DNA of 36,836 bases from IMG/VR virus record IMGVR_UViG_2585428015_000012, one strand, 5' to 3'. The DNA is from a virus. Lineage: Duplodnaviria; Heunggongvirae; Uroviricota; Caudoviricetes. Shown here in pieces: positions 18,003-26,903 of this stretch (its first letter is position 1; each line of letters opens with the position of its first letter). A program made the position numbers and the translations under genes. The notes beneath the pieces were generated by a model. The model searched no databases. It saw only the letters and a list, made by a program, of their open reading frames with translations, and was not told the DNA's origin.

Positions 18003-18461
18003 TCAGCGACGGGCCGCTGATTCAAGATGGCGGACAATGGTATCGAGGATGGGGATTACCACTTCAGGCTGTAGTTCTCCATCCCCCGTCACCGGCAGGA
18101 ACGGGCGGGCCGGAAGTTCAACAGACTCATTACGCCCCGTTTTACCCCCGAACTGGTGAATGGCACCGTAAACAACGTTGGTCCCCACAACAGCCTGCCG
18201 GTCGTCATGGTCGGTTGATACTGACCCCATCAGACGCCCGGTATCCTGCAGTGTCTGCCCGTCACGTTCTTCCGCTGCCAGCGAGGGCATCCACCCCGGA
18301 CGCCCCTCATCAAGAAAGTTAAACTGTGTTTCCGCCAGCAGGGTTCCGGCGATTTTGCGCATCGCGGGCTCCAGGTCTGTGGCAGCAAGATCCAGCGCAC
18401 GGAGGCTCCGGCGCAGGGACTTATCGTTAATGGTGATACTGACCAGGTTATCGGAAGCCAT
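18003..18461 (-). CDS. Virion morphogenesis protein (Mu gpG-like)
   Basis: 152 aa ORF between the F-like and I-like genes. Confidence 0.7.
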   Translation of the reverse strand: MASDNLVSITINDKSLRRSLRALDLAATDLEPAMRKIAGTLLAETQFNFLDEGRPGWMPSLAAEERDGQTLQDTGRLMGSVSTDHDDRQAVVGTNVVYGAIHQFGGKTGRNESVELPARPFLPVTGDGELQPEVVIPILDTIVRHLESAARR

Positions 18462-18463
18462 TG

Positions 18464-19285
18464 TTATCCTCTCAGTTCCTGTTGTGCCAGTGGCTGAAGC
18501 GTACCCTGATAGCGGGCCAGGTCGGGACGGTATGCTGCCCCCGGAGCATAAGACCAGCCGACGTCGGTGGTCACCTTCGTGGTGCCGGTATTAAAGGTGG
18601 CCACGTTCCGCATTTCGCCGGTTTTCTCTGAGACCAGTTTCAGTTCCTGGCCCATGGCAGAGCCGGAGCTGATAACCTTCAGGCCACGGGCACGTACATC
18701 CGCCGCACTCAGGGCAATAACACTACAGCGGCAGCGCCAGCCGTTCGGCGGGTAAAATGCCTGCCAGAACGGGTCATCCCAGCGCAGCACCAGACCATGC
18801 AGCGCCAGATGGCTCCTGCGGGTATGGCTGTCGTTGATGCCGGTATACATCCAGTACGGCCTGTCGTCGACGTTTTCCATCTGTTCCGCCCAACGACCGG
18901 CGCTGTAGAGTACGGACATATTGGTGCGAAAGATGGTATCGAGCCGCCACGGACTGCCCTGCTGAATGGTGACCGGCTCACCCGTTACCGGGTCAGTCGT
19001 GTCACGTGGTCCCCACCATCCCTTACGCTTCAGCACCGGCTCCAGCTCCTGCCGGAACCAGCGATCGGTTTTTCCTTCATCGACAGCCTGCTGCAGTGCC
19101 CCGCGAATATCTTCCAGGATATCCAGGCGGGTCACTTTAGCAACGGTAAAGGCGCGGGCATGGGCCTCCTGCCACATTTCTTCCCAGTCCCAGGTAATCT
19201 GATATCCTTTGGACTTCAGGTAGTTGATTGCCCGCTTCGGGGGAAGCGTCATGCAGTACGCCAGTTCAGCCGTTGTCACGCTCAT
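18464..19285 (-). CDS. Head morphogenesis protein (Mu gpF-like minor head protein)
   Basis: Downstream of the portal gene; start chosen at the ATG preceded by GGGGA; alternative starts at 19312 or 19252. Confidence 0.65.
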   Translation of the reverse strand: MSVTTAELAYCMTLPPKRAINYLKSKGYQITWDWEEMWQEAHARAFTVAKVTRLDILEDIRGALQQAVDEGKTDRWFRQELEPVLKRKGWWGPRDTTDPVTGEPVTIQQGSPWRLDTIFRTNMSVLYSAGRWAEQMENVDDRPYWMYTGINDSHTRRSHLALHGLVLRWDDPFWQAFYPPNGWRCRCSVIALSAADVRARGLKVISSGSAMGQELKLVSEKTGEMRNVATFNTGTTKVTTDVGWSYAPGAAYRPDLARYQGTLQPLAQQELRG

Positions 19286-20762
19286 GCAGACGTCCCCGGA
19301 TATTTGCCACAAAGAGAATGCGGGCCAGCCGCTCCTGCAGATCGTCCGTGTTCATCTGAGGGTAGAGCTCCGCCAGTTCGCCCAGCAGCTCAGACGGGTT
19401 AACCCCGTTTTCGACCCGCCTGAACAGAGGTGCCAGGACGGGTTCCAGCGTGCCATTTAACGCGCCTCCGTTCATCAGAATGTCCAGCGCGTCGTCAAGC
19501 TGCTGCTGAGCCTGAATATCAGCATCAATCGCCTCGGCAAATGACAGCGGCAGCATGTTATTCTGGCGTTCCGACGGTGGTGTCTCGTCAATATCGCCGT
19601 CCTGCAGTTGGTACTCACGCTTGAAGTACTGCGGGGTCAGACGCAGACCCGCCCGGGTGAGTTTTTCGTCGCGGGTGGCACGGGTGTCATCAATGGCCTC
19701 CTGTTCCCACATGGCCCAGACCGGACACGGCACATCGCCGAAGTTCAGGGTGACCACCGTTCTGATGACCTGATTCACTGCCGCCTGAATGATGTCCGCA
19801 TCCGCATCGCGGATATCAGCCGTTACCTCCAGCCCGGCCTGTGCAGAGGCCTTGTTACTGTTCGCTTCCGTGGTCTGATTCTGACCGAGTAATGCAATGG
19901 AGATCTCACTGCGTGACAGTGTGATCAGCTCGCGAAATACCTCGCTGCTGTCTGCCTTGCCATCCGCTGCCCTGAGCTCAATACTGCTGTCATCGGGGAT
20001 GGCGGCCACCGCGTCCTCCACCATCTGCTCCATGGAGTCCAGCAGTTTTTCAATCTCTGCATCATTTGCGCCCCTCGGGTGCTTACCGATCACCCACGGG
20101 GAGCCAAACTTTTCGGCAAAGCGGAGCCAGAATTTCATCCCGCCTTTCTTGAAGGCGACCGGCCAGAAGCACATGGACAGGTCCGGGAAACCGTAAGGAT
20201 TGTCATACGAGGCATCCTGTGCCGGCACCACGAATTTTGACGGTGACAGCAGCTCACCCTCCACACCCGCATCACGCGCCCGAAAGCGCAGGCAGTTGTC
20301 CGTATCAAACTGAAACCACTCAGGCGGTTTGCCGACAATATCCGTCACCGCCCACGACCTGACCGAACGGCCCCACATGATTTCACAGGGCTGATACCCG
20401 TAGAGCACGGCATCGCTCATTTCACCGATGATGCGGGACAGATCCAGATCGTCGAGCATGTCGCGGATGAAACGGAAGACCCGGGCAGAGGCGTGACCAC
20501 GCTCCAGTCCACGCTCCAGCGATTTGAGCGCTGCTTTACGTCTGCGGATACAGCCCCCGACCAGCGGGTCGGTGCGCAGTTCGCGGTAGATACGGATATC
20601 CCGTCCCTGAGCCTTGAGAATGGGATCAGGATTGGGCAGATACATGCCCAGTCCGTAAAAGTCGATCGCGCGGCTGCGGGAGGCAATCTGCGCGGTCAGT
20701 GATTTCTGAGGCTCAGAAAAAGCAACAAATTCATCGGGTGAAACCCAGATACCCCTCGCCAT
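19266..20762 (-). CDS. Portal protein (Mu gpH-like)
   Basis: 498 aa ORF directly after the large terminase with a shared ATGA overlap. Confidence 0.8.
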   Translation of the reverse strand: MARGIWVSPDEFVAFSEPQKSLTAQIASRSRAIDFYGLGMYLPNPDPILKAQGRDIRIYRELRTDPLVGGCIRRRKAALKSLERGLERGHASARVFRFIRDMLDDLDLSRIIGEMSDAVLYGYQPCEIMWGRSVRSWAVTDIVGKPPEWFQFDTDNCLRFRARDAGVEGELLSPSKFVVPAQDASYDNPYGFPDLSMCFWPVAFKKGGMKFWLRFAEKFGSPWVIGKHPRGANDAEIEKLLDSMEQMVEDAVAAIPDDSSIELRAADGKADSSEVFRELITLSRSEISIALLGQNQTTEANSNKASAQAGLEVTADIRDADADIIQAAVNQVIRTVVTLNFGDVPCPVWAMWEQEAIDDTRATRDEKLTRAGLRLTPQYFKREYQLQDGDIDETPPSERQNNMLPLSFAEAIDADIQAQQQLDDALDILMNGGALNGTLEPVLAPLFRRVENGVNPSELLGELAELYPQMNTDDLQERLARILFVANIRGRLHERDNG

Positions 20763-22357
20763 CAGAATCCCTCCAGCATACGGGCCGCCTGACGACGACG
20801 GCGTGAGCTTGCCTTCACCGGCCCTTTGTTAATTTCACGGCTGGCGAAATACGCCAGCGCCAGTGCGATGGCTGAATCCCCGTGGCGTTTACCACCGTCA
20901 GCCTTTGCTTTTGAGCGTTGCTCCGGTACGCGGGGGACACCGTTCACCACCTGAACGGCCCGCAGGTCATCCAGTGTGTCTTCATCCTTTGGTAAGTCCA
21001 CCAGGTTGCCGTCTTCCAGTGCAGCTTTGACCGGAGGCATATGCTCCCGGTACCAGCCTTCGGTTGGCATCACCTGCTGAACCCGGCCGGAGCCGTAGCG
21101 CTGCATGGCGTATTCAGCCAGATAGGCACCATTACCACGGGCATCAAACGCTGCACCCAGCAGACCGGGCAGGCCATCCATCAGATACCAGGTGATTTGC
21201 TCCTGCTGTCTGAACGGCACGTTACGCAGCTCCAGTACGAATGGCACGCGTCGTACCAGGTTCTTCTCCTGCAGCAGGGGATAGTCCACCGACAAATCAC
21301 CGCTACGGCCAAAGTCGCGCCCCAGGAAAGAGCGGGCATCAGTGGGGAGTGCCTCCAGCAATGGTTTCAGATACTCATCAAGCCAGTCCTGCGTCTCGCG
21401 GAAGCGAACCTCATCAGACAGCAGTTCATAACCTTCCTTGCAGGTCAGACGCAATACCGGCGTATCAGCGGACATGCGGGACTCTATCAGGGCACGGGAC
21501 AGCCAGGCACCGCCACCGTTGGCCGGAATACAGTCAAGCTCTTCGGATGCGCCGGCACCGTAGAATTTGTACACCGATGCCATCCAGGCCTGCTCGGATG
21601 CCTCCGACCATTCCTTCCCGGTGCGCAGACAGACGCGCCGGAACAGCCCCTCAGATACGGCTTCCCGGAAAGTGATGCGATGTATGCTGCCTCCCTGACG
21701 TCCGGCACGGATATCCCCGATAAGCGTATTGAACGGATTGTCGTCACCGTCATGGGTGGAGATAACGCGTACCTTTCCCCCCCAGATAAGCATCGCCAGC
21801 GCCGCTTTCAGCAGTTCGTCCAGTTGCTCATGGAACGCCGCTTCGTCGATAACAATAATACCCTGACGGCCACGCAGGTTAGACGGGCGGCTGGAGAGCG
21901 CAACAATACGAAAGCCGGAGTCAGGAAATTTGATGGTGTAAGTCTTGATGTGTTTGTCGTCGTCGTCCTCTTCCCAGAATCCTTCTTCAATTTCACTGGC
22001 CGCATAGTTGAATGCCCGTGCCCACATCGCACACGCCTGAATGTATTCGACGGTCATGTCCTGGTTATAAGCGATGTAATACACATTCATCCCGCCTGCT
22101 GGCGCAGAAGAGGCGGCGGTCAGTACGTTATCGGATGCCTCAGCCCATGTAATACCGGTACGACGGCTCTTTTCTATCACCTTAAGCGGAGAGGTGTCTG
22201 CCACCCAGCGCTGCTGGTAAGGCAACAGAACGGGAGGGGCATCCAGCGCCGAGGTATCAGGCAAAACGGGAGCAAGGTTATTCCTCCCGTCCATGGGACT
22301 CATCCCTTCGGGGCCGCCGCCAGCGGCGTTTAAAATCACTCCGGATGATTTTGTCAT
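20762..22357 (-). CDS. Terminase large subunit
   Basis: 531 aa ORF upstream of the portal gene; nuclease-like C-terminal region with conserved acidic residues. Confidence 0.85.
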   Translation of the reverse strand: MTKSSGVILNAAGGGPEGMSPMDGRNNLAPVLPDTSALDAPPVLLPYQQRWVADTSPLKVIEKSRRTGITWAEASDNVLTAASSAPAGGMNVYYIAYNQDMTVEYIQACAMWARAFNYAASEIEEGFWEEDDDDKHIKTYTIKFPDSGFRIVALSSRPSNLRGRQGIIVIDEAAFHEQLDELLKAALAMLIWGGKVRVISTHDGDDNPFNTLIGDIRAGRQGGSIHRITFREAVSEGLFRRVCLRTGKEWSEASEQAWMASVYKFYGAGASEELDCIPANGGGAWLSRALIESRMSADTPVLRLTCKEGYELLSDEVRFRETQDWLDEYLKPLLEALPTDARSFLGRDFGRSGDLSVDYPLLQEKNLVRRVPFVLELRNVPFRQQEQITWYLMDGLPGLLGAAFDARGNGAYLAEYAMQRYGSGRVQQVMPTEGWYREHMPPVKAALEDGNLVDLPKDEDTLDDLRAVQVVNGVPRVPEQRSKAKADGGKRHGDSAIALALAYFASREINKGPVKASSRRRRQAARMLEGF

Positions 22358-22899
22358 GTGGCAATCCCCAGAATCTCGCGACGAAGCGCCTGTACTGCGT
22401 CGCTTGACAGTCCCCCCTTACGGGCAATTTTCTCGGCGTTGCTGGCTGCCTGCTGCGCTCTGGCCCGTACTTCAGACTGGAACTTTTTGAGGTTGACGGA
22501 CGCGCGGGACAGCGTAGCCACATTCTTCGCCACCTTCGACAGCAGGGCCACGCGTTCTTTAGGATCGACTTCGCCTTCTTCCGCCTCCTGCAACTGGACA
22601 ATACTCTCGAACAGCTCGGTCTGAATAAGGGCTATCACAGCCTCCGAACGCGCATCCTGATCGTCTGCTGCGCCTTCGGTCAGCATGCGGGCCGCTTCTG
22701 TTGCCGCACGGATAGCACCATAGCGGCGCTCAATCTTCTGTCCATAGCGATGGATAGCGGATTTGCTGATGACGTACCCCCGCTCACGCAACAGTGACTC
22801 CAGCTCGTTATACCCGCTGAAGCCGGATTCAGTCAGCGCCCGTTCAAGCCAGCGGCGCACGTCTTCCGGCAGCTTTTCTATTGTGCTGCGTCTGGCCAT
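22354..22899 (-). CDS. Terminase small subunit-like DNA-binding protein (Mu gp27-like)
   Basis: 181 aa ORF immediately upstream of the large terminase with overlap; N-terminal HTH-like segment. Confidence 0.6.
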   Translation of the reverse strand: MARRSTIEKLPEDVRRWLERALTESGFSGYNELESLLRERGYVISKSAIHRYGQKIERRYGAIRAATEAARMLTEGAADDQDARSEAVIALIQTELFESIVQLQEAEEGEVDPKERVALLSKVAKNVATLSRASVNLKKFQSEVRARAQQAASNAEKIARKGGLSSDAVQALRREILGIAT

Positions 22900-23210
22900 T
22901 ATTCACTCCAGTACTTTTCCGGGCGGGCAATACCCGGACCACATTCCACGGTGTATTCCACCAGGTCTACGCCGAGGCGGGTCAGGTCAGCAAACCAGTC
23001 GCCAGAAGGTTTTTTCTCCAGCTCAACCATTTTACGGTCAGCCAGATAATCCAGTTCGCGGCGCAGTTCCAGCGGTGTGGTGTCCGGGTAGATGGCACGG
23101 GACACATCCAGCAGCAGCGTCTCGCTGGCGGTGTAAGGGCGGGTCTTGTTCAGGGCAACCAGCAGACTCCAGCGCAGGGATTCGCGGCGTACCCGGGTAA
23201 TATCGACCAT
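22899..23210 (-). CDS. Hypothetical phage protein (Mu gp26-like)
   Basis: 103 aa ORF, ATGA-coupled to neighbours. Confidence 0.45.
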   Translation of the reverse strand: MVDITRVRRESLRWSLLVALNKTRPYTASETLLLDVSRAIYPDTTPLELRRELDYLADRKMVELEKKPSGDWFADLTRLGVDLVEYTVECGPGIARPEKYWSE

Positions 23211-23536
23211 TATTGACCTCCGGTATTGCGGTACTGCTGTACCACTTCCAGTTTGTTATAAAGCGCGTCCAGTTTGGCCTCAATGACTGTCTGGCCACGG
23301 ATATAATCCTCTCGACGGACATAATTCAGCGGTAAATCCGCTTTAAATCGCATAAATTCTTTTTCCAGCTCGCCCCAGTTGGAGGCGGATTGTTGCAGGG
23401 CCTGTTCAAGGGAGGCGAATCGTGCCGCCTGGCGTTCTTCTGTTTTACTGAACAACCATTTGGCGAGCCCTCCCACAAACCTCATGAAGGTGAGCAGAAA
23501 ACTCACCACCGTCCAGAATTCAACCTGCAGTGTCAT
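23210..23536 (-). CDS. Small membrane protein with N-terminal transmembrane helix (Mu gp25-like; holin/releasin candidate)
   Basis: 108 aa; hydrophobic N-terminus followed by a charged coiled-coil tail; located in the lysis cassette. Confidence 0.5.
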   Translation of the reverse strand: MTLQVEFWTVVSFLLTFMRFVGGLAKWLFSKTEERQAARFASLEQALQQSASNWGELEKEFMRFKADLPLNYVRREDYIRGQTVIEAKLDALYNKLEVVQQYRNTGGQ

Positions 23537-24183
23537 TTCTGTAATCCTTCCCGTTCATCCAGCAGCGCGTTTATCTGGTTCCGCCAGCGACGACATTGCC
23601 ATGCGTTGTCGATGATGTTGGCGAGAACGTCACGCTGGGAGACACCCGAATCGCGTAACCGGGTGTCAGTGGTTTCAGGTTGCCCGGTCGCTGTGCCAGA
23701 GCGGGTGCCAGTGGCGGCAACTGAGTCTGAATGACCGGTGTCGACGGATGCGTTGTCATATCCGAGTGCGGCGTTGTACTGGCGCACGAAACCGCGAGTA
23801 AACACGCACTCAATGGGATGACTCTTACCTTTTTCATCAATCCAGCGCTGTGTGACATCGTTAATTTGCCCCTGTAGTTGTTTGTTCCGGCTCTCCAGTT
23901 GAGCAATCTGCTCAAGATAACCGGCTTCAGCCCGCTGCCCGGCGGCCACCTGCTCCTGATACCGTCTGGCCCAGGCCCGCAGCGCAGCATTCTCAAGCGT
24001 TGCCTGCTCCGTTTTGTACGCGTCAAATGCTGACTGCAACTGACTTAGCGCGGTATCACCGTCACGCTTTGCAGAGTCATGACCACTTCTGTATCCCATG
24101 GCATACAGGCCGACCAGAAAGGCATTGATAAGAATGGCCAGCAGAATGCCGCGCCACGGCAGCTTTTTAACCAGATGCCACAC
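23533..24183 (-). CDS. i-spanin (Rz-like)
   Basis: Start placed at GTG 24183, preceded by GGAGG at 8 nt; N-terminal transmembrane segment then long coiled-coil region; contains the embedded lipoprotein ORF. The ORF track's upstream extension to 24285 would overlap the endolysin by ~118 nt. Confidence 0.6.
   Translation of the reverse strand: MWHLVKKLPWRGILLAILINAFLVGLYAMGYRSGHDSAKRDGDTALSQLQSAFDAYKTEQATLENAALRAWARRYQEQVAAGQRAEAGYLEQIAQLESRNKQLQGQINDVTQRWIDEKGKSHPIECVFTRGFVRQYNAALGYDNASVDTGHSDSVAATGTRSGTATGQPETTDTRLRDSGVSQRDVLANIIDNAWQCRRWRNQINALLDEREGLQK
23571..23837 (-). CDS. o-spanin (Rz1-like lipoprotein) embedded in the i-spanin gene in the +1 frame
   Basis: MKKVRVIPLSACLLAVSC signal with lipobox-like LAVSC, then proline-rich mature part; entirely inside the i-spanin gene. 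Confidence 0.6.
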   Translation of the reverse strand: MKKVRVIPLSACLLAVSCASTTPHSDMTTHPSTPVIQTQLPPLAPALAQRPGNLKPLTPGYAIRVSPSVTFSPTSSTTHGNVVAGGTR

Positions 24184-24907
24184 AACTGCTGCCTCCCCAT
24201 GTGAGATATCGCGGTGCCAGTTCGCGCAGGATGCGCTGCGGATAATGGCGGTTCTCCCGCCAGCTGGCCGCATTGCGTCCGGCATTCACCGTGGCGACAT
24301 GTCCGAACCAGCGGGTGCTGTCCAGACCTTTCTGTGATGCAAGCCGCCTGTCCCGTTGTACCCAGCCCAGACCACCGTTATAGCCCGACAGTGTCATGGC
24401 CATACGCTCGCAGTCACTGGCGGCGCTGACACGCTGCCACAGCCAGCGGTCATAGCTGACCAGCGCCCGGATAGCCCATGCCGGATTAAACGGCTCACGA
24501 CTGCTCAGCATCGGTATCAACTGGCTTATCCAGTCGGCAGTGGCAGGCATGAACTGCGCCAGTCCCTGAGCGCCAGCCGGCGAGATCGCATCAGGTCGCC
24601 AGCCGCTTTCCTGATGCAGTTGCGCGGCGAAATCGGCCACCGGCGCAGACAGTCCCCATTCAAGCCGGGCATTACGGATCACATCATCGCGATACTGCAG
24701 CGCAGCCTGCGGAGGTTGTGCTGCGCATGCCTGGCTGAAAAAGCCGCCACACCAGAGCAACATTGCGACAAAGAATACCCATGCCATATGAACCAGAAAG
24801 GTCCCGGCGCGGACTGACAGGCGTTCGGTTCTGATGAAGACCCGAAAGGCTTCGAAAGCCAGTTTCAGGGACATGCATACAATCCAGGTGATCTGCGGCC
24901 AGTTCAT
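24167..24907 (-). CDS. Endolysin, lytic transglycosylase (SLT domain) with N-terminal hydrophobic segment
   Basis: SLT catalytic motif (ESGWRPDAISPAGAQGLAQFMP...SGYNGG); hydrophobic stretch MAWVFFVAMLLWCGGFF near the N-terminus; TAATCATG coupling with the upstream membrane-protein gene. Confidence 0.8.
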   Translation of the reverse strand: MNWPQITWIVCMSLKLAFEAFRVFIRTERLSVRAGTFLVHMAWVFFVAMLLWCGGFFSQACAAQPPQAALQYRDDVIRNARLEWGLSAPVADFAAQLHQESGWRPDAISPAGAQGLAQFMPATADWISQLIPMLSSREPFNPAWAIRALVSYDRWLWQRVSAASDCERMAMTLSGYNGGLGWVQRDRRLASQKGLDSTRWFGHVATVNAGRNAASWRENRHYPQRILRELAPRYLTWGGSSCVASG

Positions 24908-24909
24908 GA

Positions 24910-25260
24910 TTAAAGCCCCATCGCAACAGCCAGGCAGACCGCTGCAACAATCAGTGCACGGCGGATTAACGCAGCAGAAAACACCAGGTGAAGGCCGGTC
25001 TGTACCGGGAAACGCCCTTCAGCCATCAGCCTGTCGTCATGTTTCAGGTACTGACCGGGACGGGCTTTGGGGAAGAGCGAACGGTCAAGCCAGTAACCCA
25101 GCACTGCTGCCAGCGTGATGAGTGCCAGCTTGTAGATCACAACAGGCAGCTGCTGTGGTGAGACCAGAGCGATGGTGCCCAGCAACAGCACTGAGGTCAG
25201 CAGCCAGCCGCTGAGGCGAGGTTTTTTAACAGGGGGAATGAATTTTTTCAGGTTTTTCAT
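24910..25260 (-). CDS. Two-transmembrane-helix small membrane protein, first gene of the lysis cassette (holin candidate)
   Basis: Start at ATG 25260 with AAGGAG 7 nt upstream; two hydrophobic segments; directly precedes the endolysin. Confidence 0.55.
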   Translation of the reverse strand: MKNLKKFIPPVKKPRLSGWLLTSVLLLGTIALVSPQQLPVVIYKLALITLAAVLGYWLDRSLFPKARPGQYLKHDDRLMAEGRFPVQTGLHLVFSAALIRRALIVAAVCLAVAMGL

Positions 25261-25390
25261 GTGTGTCTCCTTATCTGGTGGAGACAGCATCACAAATACA
25301 GGGCGCGAAGGATTTTAAAGCGCGTTAAGAGAGCCGGGGATACGGGATGTGCAGGATAAACGATGAATTATTCACAGAGGAGAATACGAT
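25261..25390. promoter_or_regulatory. Divergent intergenic region between the late operon and the plus-strand cargo genes
   Basis: 130 bp non-coding gap flanked by outward-facing genes, both with strong ribosome-binding sites; inverted repeat GTCTCC(N9)GGAGAC overlaps the ribosome-binding site of the lysis gene. Confidence 0.4.
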
Positions 25391-26119
25391 ATGACGCAGA
25401 CACTGAATCCGGTCATCACTGTCACCGTGTCCGGTCCTGTGGGCAGCGGTAAAAGTTACGTACTGGCGCGAATAGAGGAAGTGGTGAAACAGGAATTCGG
25501 AAACAGCGTCATTGTCGACGCCGCAGACGTGGACGGTGAGCGCCGTATGAGTGGGGATGATCTGAGCACATGGCAGAAACCACGGGCTGGCACAGTGATC
25601 AGGCTGGAGGAATACACGGGACAGGGCCTGTTGTCATACGGCGAGGAGCGTATCTGTCGGACGAATGAGCTGCTGGATGTTATATGCCCCACGGGCCGGC
25701 AACCCTGGATACTGCCCGATGCACTGCATGCCACCATTGCGGCACTGATGACAGTTTACGATCAGGAGCTGCTCATGAAGGAGTTACGTAAACTCACTGG
25801 TCAGTCAACAGAATGTTGTTCGTCCCCGAAGTACGGCAAACAGGAACACATCCCGATTAACCAGCCTCCCCGGTTCTTCGACGAATACCTTCTGACACCG
25901 GAAAATAAAGCTGAGCATGAAGAGATCAAAGCGGCGTTGTTCCGGGAAATCAGGAAGATTGCTGAAATGCAACTGGAGGGCGGGCTGGACAGAGTGATGG
26001 CGAGAGGAGAATGGGCATCGCTGTTTGAAAGAGTTTCCCCGGAATTACTTCCCCTCGCACTGGCTATCGGGATTATGCAGACAGCGGATAAACCTCACTT
26101 ACGTTCATTAAACACGTAA
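25391..26119 (+). CDS. P-loop (Walker A) protein of unknown function
   Basis: 242 aa; GAGGAG ribosome-binding site; Walker A motif VSGPVGSGKS at residues ~14-23, followed by IVDAAD; no confident family assignment. Confidence 0.6.
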   Translation: MTQTLNPVITVTVSGPVGSGKSYVLARIEEVVKQEFGNSVIVDAADVDGERRMSGDDLSTWQKPRAGTVIRLEEYTGQGLLSYGEERICRTNELLDVICPTGRQPWILPDALHATIAALMTVYDQELLMKELRKLTGQSTECCSSPKYGKQEHIPINQPPRFFDEYLLTPENKAEHEEIKAALFREIRKIAEMQLEGGLDRVMARGEWASLFERVSPELLPLALAIGIMQTADKPHLRSLNT

Positions 26120-26499
26120 CGCATAATCCGGGATACGCATTCAGCGATGACTGCATTTTCACCGGTTTTTACTGCATCCAGAAGTGACTCTTTAAATGGT
26201 ACGGGCCGGGGCTGCAGAAAGGTCGGCATGGCATTGAGCAGACAGAGCGTTTTTTCCGTGAGGACGACATCAGCCGCTCCCACAGCCAGCAACTGAGAGT
26301 AACGAATATAGCTGTTATCCCGAAGCCATATCAGCGTATCAATAAAACACCGGCACTTTTTCTGGTCGTGATCAACCTGGTCCGGGATATCGAAAAAACC
26401 AGAATAAATCAAAACCTGAGGTGCCGGATGCGTGTTCAGTAATCGGCAGAATATTTTGCCGGTGAGTACATAAAAATCATCATTTAAGGAGTGCATCAT
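26095..26499 (-). CDS. Hypothetical protein, convergent with the P-loop gene
   Basis: 134 aa ORF filling the 378 bp gap between the P-loop gene and the next plus-strand gene; 3' end overlaps the P-loop gene by 25 nt; weak ribosome-binding site. Confidence 0.4.
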   Translation of the reverse strand: MMHSLNDDFYVLTGKIFCRLLNTHPAPQVLIYSGFFDIPDQVDHDQKKCRCFIDTLIWLRDNSYIRYSQLLAVGAADVVLTEKTLCLLNAMPTFLQPRPVPFKESLLDAVKTGENAVIAECVSRIMRYVFNERK

Positions 26500-26713
26500 G
26501 AATCCCCGATTAACGTTAACAGAACATCAGCGCCGTGCTGAAGCAGTGAACAATGTTCTGGAAGATATTATCCGGTTATACCGCGGAGAACTGAGTGTCT
26601 GTCGTGCCGCTTTTCATTTTCAGGGAATACAAAAGCAGTTTGATACTTCTGTTTTTGCAGAAGGTATTACTTATGCCCTGGACCGGATAAGGTCAGAAAA
26701 TCGCCCCGGATAA
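26498..26713 (+). CDS. Hypothetical small protein (71 aa)
   Basis: ATG with AAGGAG 7 nt upstream; start is back-to-back with the minus-strand ORF start. Confidence 0.5.
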   Translation: MNPRLTLTEHQRRAEAVNNVLEDIIRLYRGELSVCRAAFHFQGIQKQFDTSVFAEGITYALDRIRSENRPG

Positions 26714-26768
26714 TCCCTAAACCACATTAACAGAAATCCCGCCATCCCTGCCGCATCATGAAAGAACG

Positions 26769-26798
26769 ACCAGCCCGGCACCCGAAAGCCGGGCTGGT
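26769..26798. other. Perfect 10 bp-stem hairpin (ACCAGCCCGG-N10-CCGGGCTGGT) between the 71 aa gene and dam
   Basis: Read directly from sequence; no U-tract on the plus strand, a partial one on the minus strand. Confidence 0.4.
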
Positions 26799-26903
26799 CA
26801 TCGCCCCACAGGAATGCGCTGTGAGCCGACCAAGGTTCAGTCAGTCTCGCGAGACCTGACCAGACTGCCATATTTTTTAATAATTGTAAAAGGCTTGCAG
26901 ATT

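Noticed and set aside
21041-22333. 430 aa plus-strand ORF antisense to the large terminase gene
   Set aside because: Fully contained within the terminase gene on the other strand; long antisense open frames are common in GC-rich coding sequence.
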